DNA from: Trichosphaerium sp. ATCC 40318
Taxonomy: Eukaryota > Protista > Tubulinea
NCBI GenBank assembly: GCA_038496445.1
Contig: JALMLS010000471.1
Coordinates: 62,001 to 126,000, forward strand
Reading direction: 5' to 3'
DNA: 64,000 nt
Shown: in pieces, positions 49,401 through 63,857 of the stretch
How positions within the stretch are numbered: the stretch's first letter is position 1
Layout of the letters: every line of letters begins with the position of its first letter
Made by a program: the position numbers and the translations under genes
Notes under the pieces: model-generated
Database searches by the model: none
Told to the model about the DNA's origin: nothing
Seen by the model: the letters and a program-made list of their open reading frames with translations, nothing else

Positions 49401-52400
49401 GAAAGTGCTTCTTCTTCATCTACAAGTATATCTTCTTCATCAGAATCATCCTTGATACTCAGCAACTTGAACGTTTCAAGAATATCTGTTATACTCCTCT
49501 GTTCTTTAGACTTATAACCTTGAGTAATGCAATCCTTCTCTAGACGCTTTATACTTTGCTTAGTGAGGAACAACGCTCTGTGTTTTAAACCAACACCAAT
49601 AGCTTGATTAAGTAGGAACACTGTCAACTTAGCGTACTTAGTACCTAAAGCAGGAACGATCAACAAACGGTTTACAACACAAAATATTTAACTTACCAGT
49701 AACAAGTGCGAAGGACTGACATATATCACGTGTAAGTGTCGGTAACGCACCCGCACGTTGGTTCATATCAAGAACACATGCGAAATACTCTGAAGCAGTA
49801 TCAAGGTAGGCATCACTATTATACACACGGCCTAAAAATAGACGTCAATCGAAGATAACTTTTGCTTCAAAAGCTGTAATTCGAGTTCGTTACCTTTTGA
49901 TTTGGTACTGCTTGATTTGCTTGGTTGACTTGCTCGCCATAACTTGGCATACATATCGATCTTGTCAGGACTTTTTTTATCATACAATTGCGCCTTAACA
50001 ACAAATATCCAAGCCAAGTGGTACAAAGCAACAGATTGGTCAAGAAGAGTAGAACTACCAACTTCTTTTGCAAGAGAACGTAAGATTTCTTTAAAAGTCA
50101 ACTCTGCATTTTGTAGTTTCATCTCTCCGTTCTTTGTGAACGCTTGCATGAACTCCATACGTCCTAAAAAGCACTATTAGCATCCTACAAAGCATAGACA
50201 GAGAAATTTTAGAACATACCAGCTTTAAGCCTTAGGCGCATCTTTATCCTCTTAAGCATCAAGTGTTCACTTACTTCAGGTTCAACATGACCAACCTTGT
50301 AGAAGTCCAAGCGCTTAAGCTTAGCAACCTCTCTGTGTTTTAACAGCTTCTTTTTACCAGGTGTAGGAGGAGGTTCACGGTCATCACTAAGACAAACAAG
50401 TTAGCAAAGTAGGAAATGATCTCACCTAACAACTTACTTTATCACAAGACTTGAAAAGTCTCTAACAAAAGCATCATGCATAAGATCCATAATAAACTCT
50501 TCTGCTTGTTCATAATAAGCTTTTGATGCAGATATAACACGACCAGTCTTTGAAATATTCTCAATCTCACCAATAGGTACTTTCGAAGTGTTTTTCTCAC
50601 TAAAGCAAAAAAAAAAGTCAATATCAACATCTTTAATCATCAAAGGCAATTAGAGGTTCTTATAAGTACCTTACGAATGAAACAGCAGGTATTAGAGACA
50701 CAGAAGATGAAATATCTTGATCTAGTTTCTTATGAATGTAGTTAACTGCTAAGCCATCTCCGACATCACCATCACTAAAAACAGAGTTAATAGGTACAAC
50801 ACTTCGCTGCTTTTTTATGGTTGCTTGAACGTACATAAAGGCTTCATCACGTTCTACTAGGTCCATAGCATGTAATGACAAGAGTTGCTCGTAATATTGT
50901 TCTGCCTCTTCCTTTTGTCTTTGACGTTGTTGATGATCTGCTAGTTTTAGAAGAAAACGTGCTTTCATATTTGGAATATTCAACATATTCGCAATCTCTA
51001 GACCCTAATCGAATAACTGTATTAGTAATCAAATATTTACAACCAATTAAACTATTATCAAACACAATAGTGTTGAAAAGAAAGCACTAAGTAGCCAAAC
51101 AAACGAAATAAAAAAAGAGTTACGATTTTTTTTGACATTATTTTTCGTACTTGTGCTATATAATATTGTGCTTCTCTAGCAGCCCCAAGGAGTTGGTATA
51201 AAGTACCTAACCTCTCTAGACTCTCAATATATGTATTAAGAATATCCCATTTTGTAAAGGCAGCTCGATGTTCCTCTGTATCAGACGACGCTGTAACTTG
51301 AGTCTCATGCTTTCGACTACTTTTTTTGCTCTTTGTCTTTTGTTTAGTTTCTTCCACATCTCCACCATCTGCAATAGTATTTTGAACTGGCATAGACTAC
51401 ATAGTGTTGTTAGATACTATAAGTAAAAACGAAGCGTTTAAATATACACATACATTGTAGTTTGATGAAGAAGAATGTGTATATGCTTTTACTCTAATCT
51501 CCTTCGCTCTAGCCTTAAGCATCTTATAGTTATGGCGAGGTAAAGTGCTCATCACGCTAGTTAATGCTTCATGCGCTTCTGCTAAAGCAGCACTAGGATC
51601 ACCCTAACAGATACTTAATGCATAACCGTACAGGTACAAAAAAAACAGAGAAAGCAAGCTGCGATAAAGTAACAGCACGCAGCGAGATATTTTAACATTA
51701 TGTTGTACCTTATCACGCTTTAAATCTGCGACAACACCTTGATACTTTGCTAACTGCAAGCAATCAAGAATACGAAGCTTCTTTGGTTTTTCCCAAGCTC
51801 GAGTATGTAACGCCTCAACAAGTGCTTGAAATTGAGTAATCCTAATACCAAACTCATTAGAAAAGAGTGTAAGATAATGATTTTTATACGTACTCAAGCT
51901 GATCAACTTCATAAAGATAATGTACAGAGGTAAGAAGCCATTCTAAATTGACATGTTCAGGAATTTCATCATCGTGATTGACGCTCTCTTTTGCAGCCTC
52001 TAGATAACGAGATGCTTCTGCAGTCATTCCCATAAGGTTATATATACGACCAATACGTGCATTAATAATGATAGAAGCTTTATAAACGAGTCAGTAAGGC
52101 AATTATCAAAAAAAAAAAAAAAACAAAAAGACCTTTCAAACTTCTTCTTCGACTACTAGTATAAAGTCGTACCGTAAGTATATGAAGGTGATATAAGGAC
52201 CTTCTCATATAATTGATTAACTAGATTTAATACTTTCACTTGAAGCTTCATCTCACCAAGTAGCTCACAGAGATCACTCAAATTTTGCATCAACTCCAAG
52301 GTTTTTTCAGGAGATGAAAATCTGGCTGTATTCCTTCTAGCAGTGAGGCATTCAGGGTCTAATAAAATAAGTCGGATAGCCATACACACAACAATTTGGA

Positions 52401-55400
52401 TGTGATTGTAGTACCTTTAGGGACCTTTAGGCCATTTAAAAGAGCTGCCCATGATAATAGAGCTTTCTCTATCGTTTTTAATGTACTGGCGTCATCAGCG
52501 GCTGCCTCTCTTTGAATGATAGCCTTCCACACAAAAGCTGTTGCCAAATCATCGAGCGAACACGTGCGAGACTATTAAACCAAATGAGAAAGCAATCAAC
52601 AACGAAAAACAACAAAAGCATTTGCTGATTTAAAAAATAATAAACGTACATCTAGCAACATATCTCCAGCTTGAAGGACGCATTCATACGCTTCAGTAAT
52701 ATCACCGATAGCACGTAAAGCTATACTTTTACACAGTAAAACTCGGCCGTGCTTGGTAGATCTAGTGTCACCATGCAACGATAAAAGATCCTATTACAAA
52801 ATTATCAGAAAAGAAAATTTGCAAGCATTATGGTGACATACTTCAGCAGCTGGTAGTACATGCACGAATAGATTACTATCAGTGTAATACGCTAACTCTC
52901 CTTCTAAAAGCTCCATAACTTTCTTTTCGGATAACTTGGTATCCTTCAATAATGCATACAAGGAACTCGTAGGCCTTTTAAAAAATAAATAATTACTACA
53001 CAAACAAATACTAACCGTTCGCTCTTAGTGCTATTTTGGATCTTCAAGTTAACGTAACGCTTTATCAAAGAGCGCATGCCCTCCAAAGAAACACGCTTAG
53101 CTTTTGTGGCATCAATGATGGCCTGCTCAACATCATTTCGTGCACCCTTTAAAAAAATAAAAATAAGTATTCAATCTTTTTTGATTCATTTATCTAGTAC
53201 CTTGTGGTCATCATTCTCAAGTTTACATGTAGCCATAAACCCTTTAAGCTCATTCATACGTTTTATAGCATTCGATAAGCGCTCTTCATCATTTTCTATG
53301 CTCTCACTTGCAACATACATTTCTAAAATATCGCTTGATTCTTTGAACATTGATCGTGCTTCTTTAAGTTTTCCTTTTTGGTAAAGTAGTGTAGCCAACT
53401 GGCAGAAACTAAAGGACTTGAGTAAGCACAAACACACCCATAATAGCTTCAAGGTTTTTTTACAATAAAGGGCAATGGTGGTTACGTACCGATCAGAGAA
53501 GCGCTTCAAAAGTTCAACTTCACCAAAAGAGTTCGCTGTTTCAACACCTCTTTTTAAATACCCGCCAATAGTTTCAAGGCTTGCTTTTCTATTATAAGCA
53601 GATGCAGCTGATGACATGAGTACTTCGTAGTGAGCAACACGTGAAATTCTCTGAAGAAAAAAGAGATGTCAGACAAAGCGAAATAACAAGTTTGTTTGCT
53701 ACCTTTTCTGCATTTGTGTCGTTTTCATAAGCATAACAGACTGTCATTGCATCAACACACAAGTCAAATAAACTTTCAAATAGCTTATAAAGACGTGAGG
53801 GAATATGCACAAGTGGATCTTTTGCAGAGCTACCACTAAGGAGTTTAGAAGGGCAAATTCGTCGTAGAAGCATTGCAATCTCTCCCATTGATGATATAAT
53901 ACGCGTACATAACGTATAAGACTCCTTATCTACAAATCAACGTCAGTTACAACAACAATTGACAGTAGCAAAATCTATCAAACAACACCAAAAAAAAAGG
54001 TGCGTACCACTCGTATCAAGCTCACGTATGGAAGCCAAATACGTCATAGCATATTTTCCGTAATTACGCAAGCTATAAAAGTCCTTTGGGACACTCTTAT
54101 CTTAAAAGGTATGTAAGCAAAACCAAAATTAAACAAACAATAAAAAAAGAAGCTAAATAAAATTACGCACTATCAAGGCTTTCGCCTAGAATCTGTTGCT
54201 GTGATAGCTTAAACTTATTCAAAAATGTTAAGCCTAGATTGGTGCTAAGGAAAGCAGGTTTATCTTTGTTAGCCTTCAGAGCAGCATTGATAAATCTTGT
54301 GCATTTTGCGAGTACATCTTGGGCAGCGTCAAACTCGTTTTCCTATTGTTTAGGTCAGTACACAAATCACATGACACGTGACGCGTGAAAAAAGCACATG
54401 GCTTTTTTTCTTAAAATGCTTACTCTTGTTTGCAATAACGAGGCGTGCTGATACAACATGTAAGTGTAGGTTGAGTTGAAAGGCTTCAACGGAATCTTGT
54501 TGTGGTATTTATCAATGAATTGAGCAACAAAATCATTTGCCAAGATTCCAGCTTTTTTAGAGTATTAGCATACATAACAAAGATTAAAACTATTATTTCA
54601 TTCGTACAAGGATCTATTTTCGATAATTGCGTCGATGTATAGAACGCACGTGAAGTAAACAACTAGAAATACAATCAATGAAAAAAACCGAGAAATAAAG
54701 GTAGCTTTTTGGCGTACTGTGGGATCTGAGGACTTTAATCGATGATGCAAAAAATCTACACTAATAGTTCTACATTGTGCTATACAAGATAGTAGATATT
54801 CTTGATCTTCAACATTCTTCTCTAGTTGCAAAGTAAGTGAAAGCACATCTTCTTCTTTTTTTTTGGAAATATTATTCACCTTTTTCTAACTTTGCCGCGA
54901 TTGTTGTTAGAGTACGACACAAAGATGTGTGATGTGACTTCAAGTTCTTTTTATTAAACTTGTTTTTAGATATCCACGCATCAGCACAACTAACAGTCTC
55001 ATACAAGGCCTAAAAACAAGCAAATCAGCAAAAAAAGAAAAAAATATCAAAAATCAAGAATTCTTAACATCGGGTTAACGGATCAAAAGCACGAAGAATC
55101 ACGTACACTCCAATCTCTACTACGCGGTAATACGGACATTAACTTGATTTTGCTTAATAGCACTCCCAAAACGATTTTAGAGTAAGCTTCAGTATCTCTA
55201 GCATTCGGGGTAACAAGCTGTGCTGTAGTCGTTGATTCGTTTGGAGGTTTATTCTCTTTGCCAGTACCATCTCTTATCTTTTTAAAATGCTGTAATACGC
55301 CATCTATGAACGCCAGAGTAGAAGGTATCTGCAATAGTCAAGCGTTAAGATTTATGCACGTTTAAATGTTGTAGAATGTTTTAAACAGTGTTATTACGCG

Positions 55401-55828
55401 TACCATTGCGAGTTTTCCTTTGCCTTTGAGGTTTTTGTACACACAATCAGCTAGTTTTTTGATTGAAGTAAATTGCGCGCGTTCCAGTTTTGTAATTGGT
55501 TTTTTGTTTGTTTTTGTGGTATCCAACGCTCTCTCGAACTCTTTTAAGCAATAACGCATTAATTTTAACGACTGATTTACAGACGACGCGTTGGTAAGTT
55601 TTTCAAGCGATGACCAGCATGCTGACAGTATTGTACATAAGAAATCGGCTTCATTTGTTCTGGACGATAGTAAGTCTACAATAGTGCTGTATTGAACGCA
55701 AACCTAGCCTGGGCGGCCTTACGCCGGTCTTTAGTACTCTTTGGCGCTAAGTCTGCTAGGTGAGCAGAAACAGCGTCTAAAACGCCAAAATCCCCTTTCT
55801 TAACCTTATTCTCTATTTGTGCTGCCAT
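46406..55828 (-). CDS. ESP1: Separase (peptidase C50) with inserted SAM and SAP domains, many exons
   Basis: WW..R...D..L...E..VLGCWK, ILVLDQYLQVFPWE, VSRMPSLAF, YVLNPSKDL, catalytic YCGHNAGEQY and LLMGCSS, LGFLWVIT..EVD, CRLKY.NG...VCYGLP. Probable start MAAQIENK at 55828. Confidence 0.93.
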
Positions 55829-57674
55829 GCTGTCACCAGCACAGCCTTCGGCGGGAAAATTTCAAAATAATTACAAAACAAATTACAAAATCTGACTTTA
55901 GTTCTTTTCAGTCTTGTGACTTTAAATATCCTACATCCATAATTACCAGTCGAACATAGCACTGGTTTTCTACAGCACGAATCTTTCAACAAACGCTGAG
56001 TGTTTATAACCAGGTCTAGATAAAAAACTTGCAAAACAAACTACTACGCCATAAAAACGCGAAATAGCGCAATAGTAGAAGAAAAATAAAATTTATGACA
56101 TAATACACGCAAAACTCAGCTAAACAGCTTCTGCAGTGCGCTTTAACGGTAATATACGCTTTAAGACAGCACAACGTCATCTTCTTGTCGTAGGCGTATT
56201 TGATACTCACATAGCCTGTTGATGATCTCATACTTTAGACACGCGTATGCGTGGTACAGTGGCCGTGTCGCCCATAGATAAATGTATTGGTAGTTTACAC
56301 AATCCGAGAATTCCTAACCAAATCCCAACATTCAATAAATCCATGATGCTCAATCGAGCTATGAATGGTCTAGTACGCCCGTAAACAATGTCAAAGCGCA
56401 CATTCCGACACTGGCTTTTTGATTGGTGGCTGTTATTTTGTCCTCACGGCATTCTTTACCTGACGGCCGTTCGTTATACCATGAACACCAAGGAACGCTC
56501 GAATCCATCCCTACCCTTCTCCAAGTAATAAATCTGTAATAAGCGTTAGTCAAGTTTACTTGTGCATAGTATGTAGCTGTAAGTTGGCAAGGCTCATTGC
56601 TGAAACGAAAGAAGCCCAAATTACGTACGTTCATTCGAGCGGAGCGTACAAGCCACGAGAAGGTGCAAAGTCAGCGGGATAGACAAACCGTTGTATTTTT
56701 TTTGCTGTTGTAAGGCAAAAATATTAAAAACGCACCCCAGAAATGTCAGGGATAGGATCAAAGCATCCAGCAAGCAAGTTCAATAAAAAAATCAGAAGGC
56801 CGCCAAAGAAATATAAGATACCACGCAGGGCGAAGGTTGAACGTAACCTAACACTTAATTACGGAGGTTATAGATAGTTTAACGTTACCACACGATTAAG
56901 CGTTCTTGTATCTACATTTACTGCAGCTGAATAAATGCGTTTGCTGTCGCTAACGAGTTCTAAGAGCAAAACCGGTGAGATAACAGCAGTTTTGTAAAAT
57001 ATCTAACCTCCGAGCGCCAATTCTTCTGCTGACTTTACCACAGGAGCCACATCGTCTGTTTTAAAGTAAAAAACAGCCATGAATTAAAAAAATCAGACTT
57101 GTTGGAGCTTTAACGCTCGCACCCAGTCTCATGATAGAACCTCCAATGCTGACACTAAAACCAGAGTTTAATGAACCAATGGTAAGATACTTGGGCGAAA
57201 ATACAAACTAACCGTGCACTAACGCCTTATAAATCCAATGTGTGGCGCTCGTGGCTATAGCGTTTGAACATTTCCTGATACGAAGCATACTACAAATCAT
57301 TAGTGACTCTGCTCAAGAGGTTTGATCTGTTTCTGCGTGGATGCGATAGAATTCCAGTGTTTTGCGCAATGTTCAAGCATTTTCAATGCCTTTCTAAGCA
57401 CAGTTTTAATTATGCCAGCATGCCCAGAGTGTATTCACCGAGGTGGTGGCGTCTCACAGTACCGAAGACATGAAATAATACAGGACAATTGTATGCTTGG
57501 CGCGAATATGGTGCACAGAGCTTTGAACTGACCTAGAGTGAGGTTTTGCTGGAATTGTCTTAGAAACGAGAGTTTGTCTATCTCATTCCTGTTGAGTTAA
57601 ACCTGAAAGCGGCTCGTCTACGACGTTGTCGCCGATATGTTTAACCACTATTGACAAAGCTCTAGAACGCTAAG

Positions 57675-58869
57675 GAGTCTACTCGCGATACAGTTATGCA
57701 CTATTCTTGGGACTGAACACGTAAATCTATAGCTAGAGCAAGCAAGGCTCATTTCACACCAGTTTAGCGCATTTTAACAGCTGGGAAGGGATTCGAACTA
57801 CTAACCGTTGTGATGATGTTGCTGGTGTACTCTGGCGCCATTACAATGATGGTTCTATCACTATTGACAGCTCTAGGACGCTGAAGGATCTGTTTGTAAT
57901 TTGTTTTTGCACTTCTGTCTGGAATTGAACCGGTAAGTATACAACCGTTGTAGCTAGTGTATATAAGGCTCATTTCGCACACCTTTAGGGCTTTTCGGCG
58001 AAGTGATAAACTAGAGAATCGGATTCGAATTTCGGATAACAACCCTCTTTCGAACAACCAAATGCAACTTTCGAACAAAATGCTGCAAACGTTGTGGTAA
58101 CCCGTGTGGTAGCATTTGTTTTCTAATTTGCAACAAAAAGTGTGCCGTTTCGGTGATAATGACCCATCCACAAATCGCGCTGTAAATGCACACAATTATT
58201 CACAACGGTCTGGGAACGCGTCTGCTGCAGTTTGAGCAGCTACAACATTGTAACCATAATTTATTTTTTTCAATAAATCTCGTGTTCTTAAACGATTTTC
58301 TTTTTTGGTACTATCACAAAATGATTACTGCACACATTTATTTGTGCGCTCTCAGCTTAATCGCTGACCCCTTTGCTCTCGTGCTGACAATCCTGTTTGT
58401 CGCATGCTGGATGATATTAGCATTTACTGCTATATCAGGCCTAAACCCTCCTCCTCCTGCTAGGCCTCATACTTGTATGACGGCCCCAACTACCCCGAGT
58501 CCTCAACCGACTCCGAGTCCTAAACCGGCTCCTCCCCCTACTGACAATAAAATTGTGATAATCGACTCGGAGAATTTCTCTATGGTAGATTCTCCGAAGG
58601 CTGTATTATCATGCAGTTTCGATCATCACAAGTCAAAGGGTGGACTTAAAACTAAAATGAAAAAGTCCTATAAGGCAGCCAAACGAAAGTCTGGTCGAGC
58701 TTTCCGAAGACTGAGGCACTTAGTGCCTAAAACAGTGTATAAGAAAGAAACTCAAAAATAAAAAAATCCATAAACCAAAAAACTTAATAGGAATTCCTAT
58801 TTTTGTTTGGGTGGATACCTTTTTCTTATTTTTTTCACTTTTTTGTCGTTTACTACACGTGCATGAATA
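57675..58869 (+). repeat. Dispersed segmental duplication, copy 2
   Basis: Direct repeat of about 26130-27331. Confidence 0.95.
58321..58761 (+). CDS. Small orphan TM/Pro-rich/basic protein (copy 2)
   Basis: 146 aa from the ATG at 58321; differs from copy 1 by T>P and S>K only, as read by eye. Confidence 0.55.
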   Translation: MITAHIYLCALSLIADPFALVLTILFVACWMILAFTAISGLNPPPPARPHTCMTAPTTPSPQPTPSPKPAPPPTDNKIVIIDSENFSMVDSPKAVLSCSFDHHKSKGGLKTKMKKSYKAAKRKSGRAFRRLRHLVPKTVYKKETQK

Positions 58870-59419
58870 AAAAAGTCCCTGTTTTATAAAACAGATGATA
58901 AACACCTTTTACTCTTCTTGTATGGGTGTCAATATTCAAAGCGGAAGCTGTGCTTAAACTTTTAACTGCCTTTTTAGTACATTCATTGAACTTGACTCAT
59001 GATTAGAAGACGCATTTTTCAAGTGGAAATGTATTCATACTAGTTATTAAAACCTATATACGTTGAAATAAGTCATCTGTTGGTGATAGCTCAATAGTAT
59101 GTCGTCCTGGTCCTCGTATATTTTTTTGCCGTGCTGCAGCGTCCTGGATTGTACTCCGAGTTCTCTAGACGACTGTACACTCTGGTGAGCCCTTGGTGGG
59201 ACGCCTTGAATCTATTTTGATGTTTGATACTAACTTAGTCGTTCCTGTTTTGTGCTACGAAACTAATTTGTTGCTTCAAAAAATCGTTGAACACAAAAGC
59301 GTACGTACACGTTTTGATTTGTCATAATCGAAAGCCCCACAGTGTTTAAAGGCAAAGAAAGCTGTTAATTGAACTAATAGATCCCAATAATTACGTAGAA
59401 TAACCTAACGACAAGTAAT

Positions 59420-62400
59420 ATGAAACCTCTTAGCCTGCTAATGTTCCTACTACTGTTCATACTATCATTCGGAGTTCTTTGCAGGGCTCAAAACAGAACT
59501 ACATTCCGTATAGGAAGCGTATATCCAGCGGAAGGGCCTCTTGTCTATGTAAGCAACCTAGTACTTGATGGACAGCGTATGTGGAGGGATAGAGTACGTA
59601 ATTAATTTACAGTTTCGTAAAACACAGTTTTGTATAGCAACATCGATTAGCAGGCTAATCAAGGTCATTCCACGTCATCAGTTTTTTTCGGAGTTGTTTT
59701 TTATTGAAAGTGAAGTTTTGACTTCTACCAAGTGACACCTTTTATAATGACACCGTTTTTAGGTTAACGCATTGGGAGGTCTTAAAATAAATGGCGTCAA
59801 TTATACTGTAGAATTGCTAGAAAGAGGTTCAGGCACGCAACTCACCCTAAAACTATTGAATTTACAGCTAATGGCGTTGTTTGCTGTCTTTTATGGAAAG
59901 AAGAAGATAATAATTTACAAATTGAATTTACAGCTACTGGCGTTGTTTGATGTCTGTTACTGTAAAACATATATTAATTTCTAAATTTGTAGGTGACAGC
60001 GGAGAATCTGTTGCTAATACTACGTTGGCTGTTATAAATGAAGGTGTAGACTTTTTATTTCTGGTAAGCAGTTTTTTTTTTGATCATGCGCTGATTTGTA
60101 CTAAGCCATTGACGACTCATCTGGGACTACGTGGAGCTATGGTAGCGAACAACGCAAAAATAAACTCACTATTACGTAAGTAAACGACAAGTAACACCCT
60201 GCTGTTATTGTTTCCGTGAGCACTGTAGTATTGTTTTTAACTTCTTACTAGCTGCGGCTGCAACACCTACAAATTATGCCTGTGACGAGAGAATGTCTTA
60301 CCCTTGCAAATTTCCTTATGGAAGAAGGCTTGATTATGCTTCGGGGCTTATGTTACCAACTTTACAGTTCATGACAGAAGCTTTAAATCTACTTGTAATT
60401 CAAAATGCTAAAACTATTGCAGTTTTTTATGAAGGTAAGAGTTTCGGGGTTTTTTTCTGCTTTTGTATTTGCTTACTTCAGCTGACATCCCTTTCAATAG
60501 ATGGAGCGTTTACAGAATCAATTGCTCAAGGGTCTTTGAGACAAATAGAGTTTTTGGGCCTCGAGCTCGTATACTTTAAGAGTATCCCGTTCTCTTCAAA
60601 TAAAACTCTTGTACAACCACATATCGAAAACATGATACGCGAACTACAAGACATTAAACCAGGTAAGTAGTCTTAATTTAGGCTCCTATTAACTCCGGCG
60701 TACTTAACCCCGTAGATGTGCTTCTTGGTGGAACTTTTTTTTCTTGTGTTGCCTTAATGAAAACAGCACGTGAGATGGACTTCAATGCAAATGTAGCGTA
60801 CTGTTGCTACTGTATTGTAACTGAATCAATTCTTTAGGCTTATCTTCTCTCACGGCCCTGTGTCCTTGATAAAGAAGACGTTCGAGAGAAGTTTGGAGCA
60901 GACGGGAAATATATAATGAGCGCAGCCGCATTGGTAAGGGATTAGGATTATAACTGTTCAGTTGCCTTACTTTTGTTTTATTCTAGTGGGACAAAAGACT
61001 TCGTAGTGATAGATACGATGAAAGAGACGAAACAGTTCGATATCATCATTTCATTAGTGATGGAAACACAACGTCACCACTTATTTTCAACCAAATGTAC
61101 AAAGATAGATTTGGTGTTGAACCTGGTTTCTATGGTGAGGCCTTTATTGCACGGCATGTGATTTATGGAGTTTACTAATTACTGTTATTTTAGGTATGGT
61201 TGGTTACACTCAAGGTTACGTTGTACAATACGCATTAGAAGCTGCAAAGTACGTGCTTTTTTGATTGGAAAAACACTTTTTTTTTGGTTGTTACGTGATA
61301 TTTGATTTTATTTACTCTTATTTAATAGTTCTTTTGACCGCGATGATATTCAGAATACTATAAACGCTATGGATATTACAGGTTTTTGTGGAGAGCTTGA
61401 ATTTGATAGGTTCGGACAGAATCTGGGTAGAAGTGGATTGACGTATCAATACGATGAAGATATTGTTGATCAGATTGTTGCTCCATTATTTGCTGCTACT
61501 GGAAAACTGATATACCCTGCCCCAAAATGGAATGAGCGGTACACAACCTACGGGTGGTACGGTACGTATTTCATATTGTCAATAAATAATACTACTTACA
61601 AGGCTAATACTTCGTAACAGAGTACACAAGCGAGATAGTTATTCTATGTCTTGTTGGTGTGGCAATCCTTATTAATTTAGTACTTATCCTATGGGTGTTA
61701 ATATATCAGAATAATATAGTTATACGCGCTGCACAGCCAGTGTTTGTTGTTCTCACTCTGGTAAGTCTTGACCTCGTTTTTTTTTTCTTACTTGGGGTTT
61801 TTCTTATTTTCTATTTAGATTGGTACCATCATCATGTATTGTTCGGTGTTTTTCTGGACTCTACATACAGACGATATTCACTGTAACCTCTCAAGATGGT
61901 TCATAGCAGTAGGTTTTGGAGTACGGGTTCAGTTTTAATAGCATACACTAATCAGTGATAGTTGACATATGGTGCATTGTTTGCAAGGATTTATAGGATT
62001 GGTCAGATCTTCCTTGTTAAAACACTAGAGGTGTTCAAAGTAACAAACATGATGATCATTCCAATTGTTGCTGCTATTGTTGGTGTAGAAGTTCTAGTAC
62101 TTTCCCTATGGACTGCGATAAGTACAGGTCGTGCAGAGCTTCACGAAGAACAACCATTTATTCTTTCAGACGATTATTATGGTTGCTCTAATACAACAAA
62201 GGATACAATATTCTTTGTTATTCTCATGATATTCAATGCTGGCGTTCTTCTATACGGCCTATACTGGGTCTACAGAATATGGAGATTGAAGGCAGTGTTA
62301 TACAATGAATCAAGGTACGTCAGCTCACTGTAGTGAGCGGTTTTAATTGAATGTTTTTATTTAGGTCAATCGGATTCGCTGTTTACACTTTGACTTTTTT

Positions 62401-62872
62401 TGTTGTGATCATTATCATCATCCAAGTACGTTAATTATTTTGGACTACCTTTTATGTACATGTAGTTTATACTTATTAAGTGATTGTTTAGGTATTTGGG
62501 ACCGATAATCGTGAGATAGCGTTTATTCTAAGATCATTGTGTATCATTCTTGGACCTTTTATTTCAGTCATGGCTTTACTTTTACCAAGAATGAGATACA
62601 TGGTACAATCACAATCAGAGATTTCAACTACAGACACCTCTGCTGTCAATAGTAGATCTCTCAAGCTAGTAAGGTCATCACGTGCTGTGAATGGAGAAGT
62701 GAATAATGGCAATTCAGAAATGAAGAATGATATGGAGAGAATGAAGAAACGAATTGACGAATTAGAAAAAGCACTTGCCAAAGCAACTGAAGGAACTCAG
62801 GAGACGACAAGGGAAGACGCTTCTATTGACTCGAAAGATGTAGTATCTAAAAGTGAAGACATCAGTGTCTAA
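59420..62872 (+). CDS. Class C (GABA-B/Grl-like) GPCR: signal peptide, periplasmic-binding-type ectodomain, 7TM, coiled-coil tail
   Basis: Signal peptide; GGLKINGVNYTVEL; GFCGELEFDRFGQN; IVIRAAQPVF; LTYGALFARIYRIGQIF; YNESR; C-terminal MERMKKRIDELEKAL. Confidence 0.9.
59855..59966 (+). repeat. Two tandem copies of a degenerate unit inside a GPCR intron
   Basis: attgaatttacagcta(a/c)tggcgttgtttg(c/a)tgtct occurs twice, about 66 bp apart. Confidence 0.7.
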
Positions 62873-63857
62873 ATCTTCATCGAACACTACAATTGGTTTG
62901 CAATAAAAAGCAGTTTAGAATGTTATCAGTTTTACGGTATCTCAGGCACATACAACACTTTTTTACAATTTGCTAAAGTTTTTTTTGCCTATTCAGTGCA
63001 AGTCACGTTGTACATGCAACGTTAAAAGTCTTCTAAACCATCTACTAAACCATCTACTAACTCACAACATTTTGTATCTTTTTTTTTTTGCTTCAAACAC
63101 TTTTTACTAGAGCTAGATTGTATCATATCTACGCGTATTGAATATTGTAGCATTGTGTATCCAACCGCACCTAAAATAACATGATGATGTTCAGTTCATG
63201 AATCCAAGACTCAACGGGCTCTGTGAGAGTCCGAGATGTAACACTAAATAGCGAAAAAATTGTGTAGAATAGACCGTACATGCCATTCCTCTTGTTATAT
63301 CCTCCGTTACAGTAATTAGTAAACTCAATGAAGCAGGCATAGTTAAGTATCCTGGTTCTACACCGAATCTATCTTTGAACTCAAAGAATTGAACAGAAAT
63401 TTAAGGGCATTCTCGTACATTCTCTAATTTTATACCATTGGCAGTGCTTTCCACAGTCACATGTTTTAGAAAATTACCATTCTGTTAACTGTACTTTAAA
63501 CGCAAATGGACTCCTAGAAAACTCTACAATCTGGTAAGCGTGTGGGCCTGCCTTGCATCTGTTTTGATGTTTGATAAAACTGCCTTTATAATTCCTTTGT
63601 ATGCCACAACGACACTGTTACTTTGTGCCATAACGCTTCTATCCTTAGTTGAAAAAATATTTGGCGGCAAAAAGTACAAAAAAAGTCGAAATTTCGCATA
63701 ATTTGTTTTGGGATGTCGGAACAAGTACCGCACAGTGTTTAACGGCAAATAAACAGTGGTATTTTGTGAGAAAAAGTCACGTCGTTGACATTACAAAAGA
63801 TCGTAATAAAATAGTACGAGATTGATTTGATCAAAAACGACAAAGTGATAAAGTGAT

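Noticed and set aside
19489-55828. Mitotic gene cluster (CAP-G plus separase)
   Set aside because: The genes are more than 20 kb apart with unrelated genes between them, which is compatible with chance in a compact genome.
63178-63240. C/D snoRNA-like ATGATGA...CCGA with a short terminal stem
   Set aside because: The D box is non-canonical and I could not recognise a guide complementary to rRNA.
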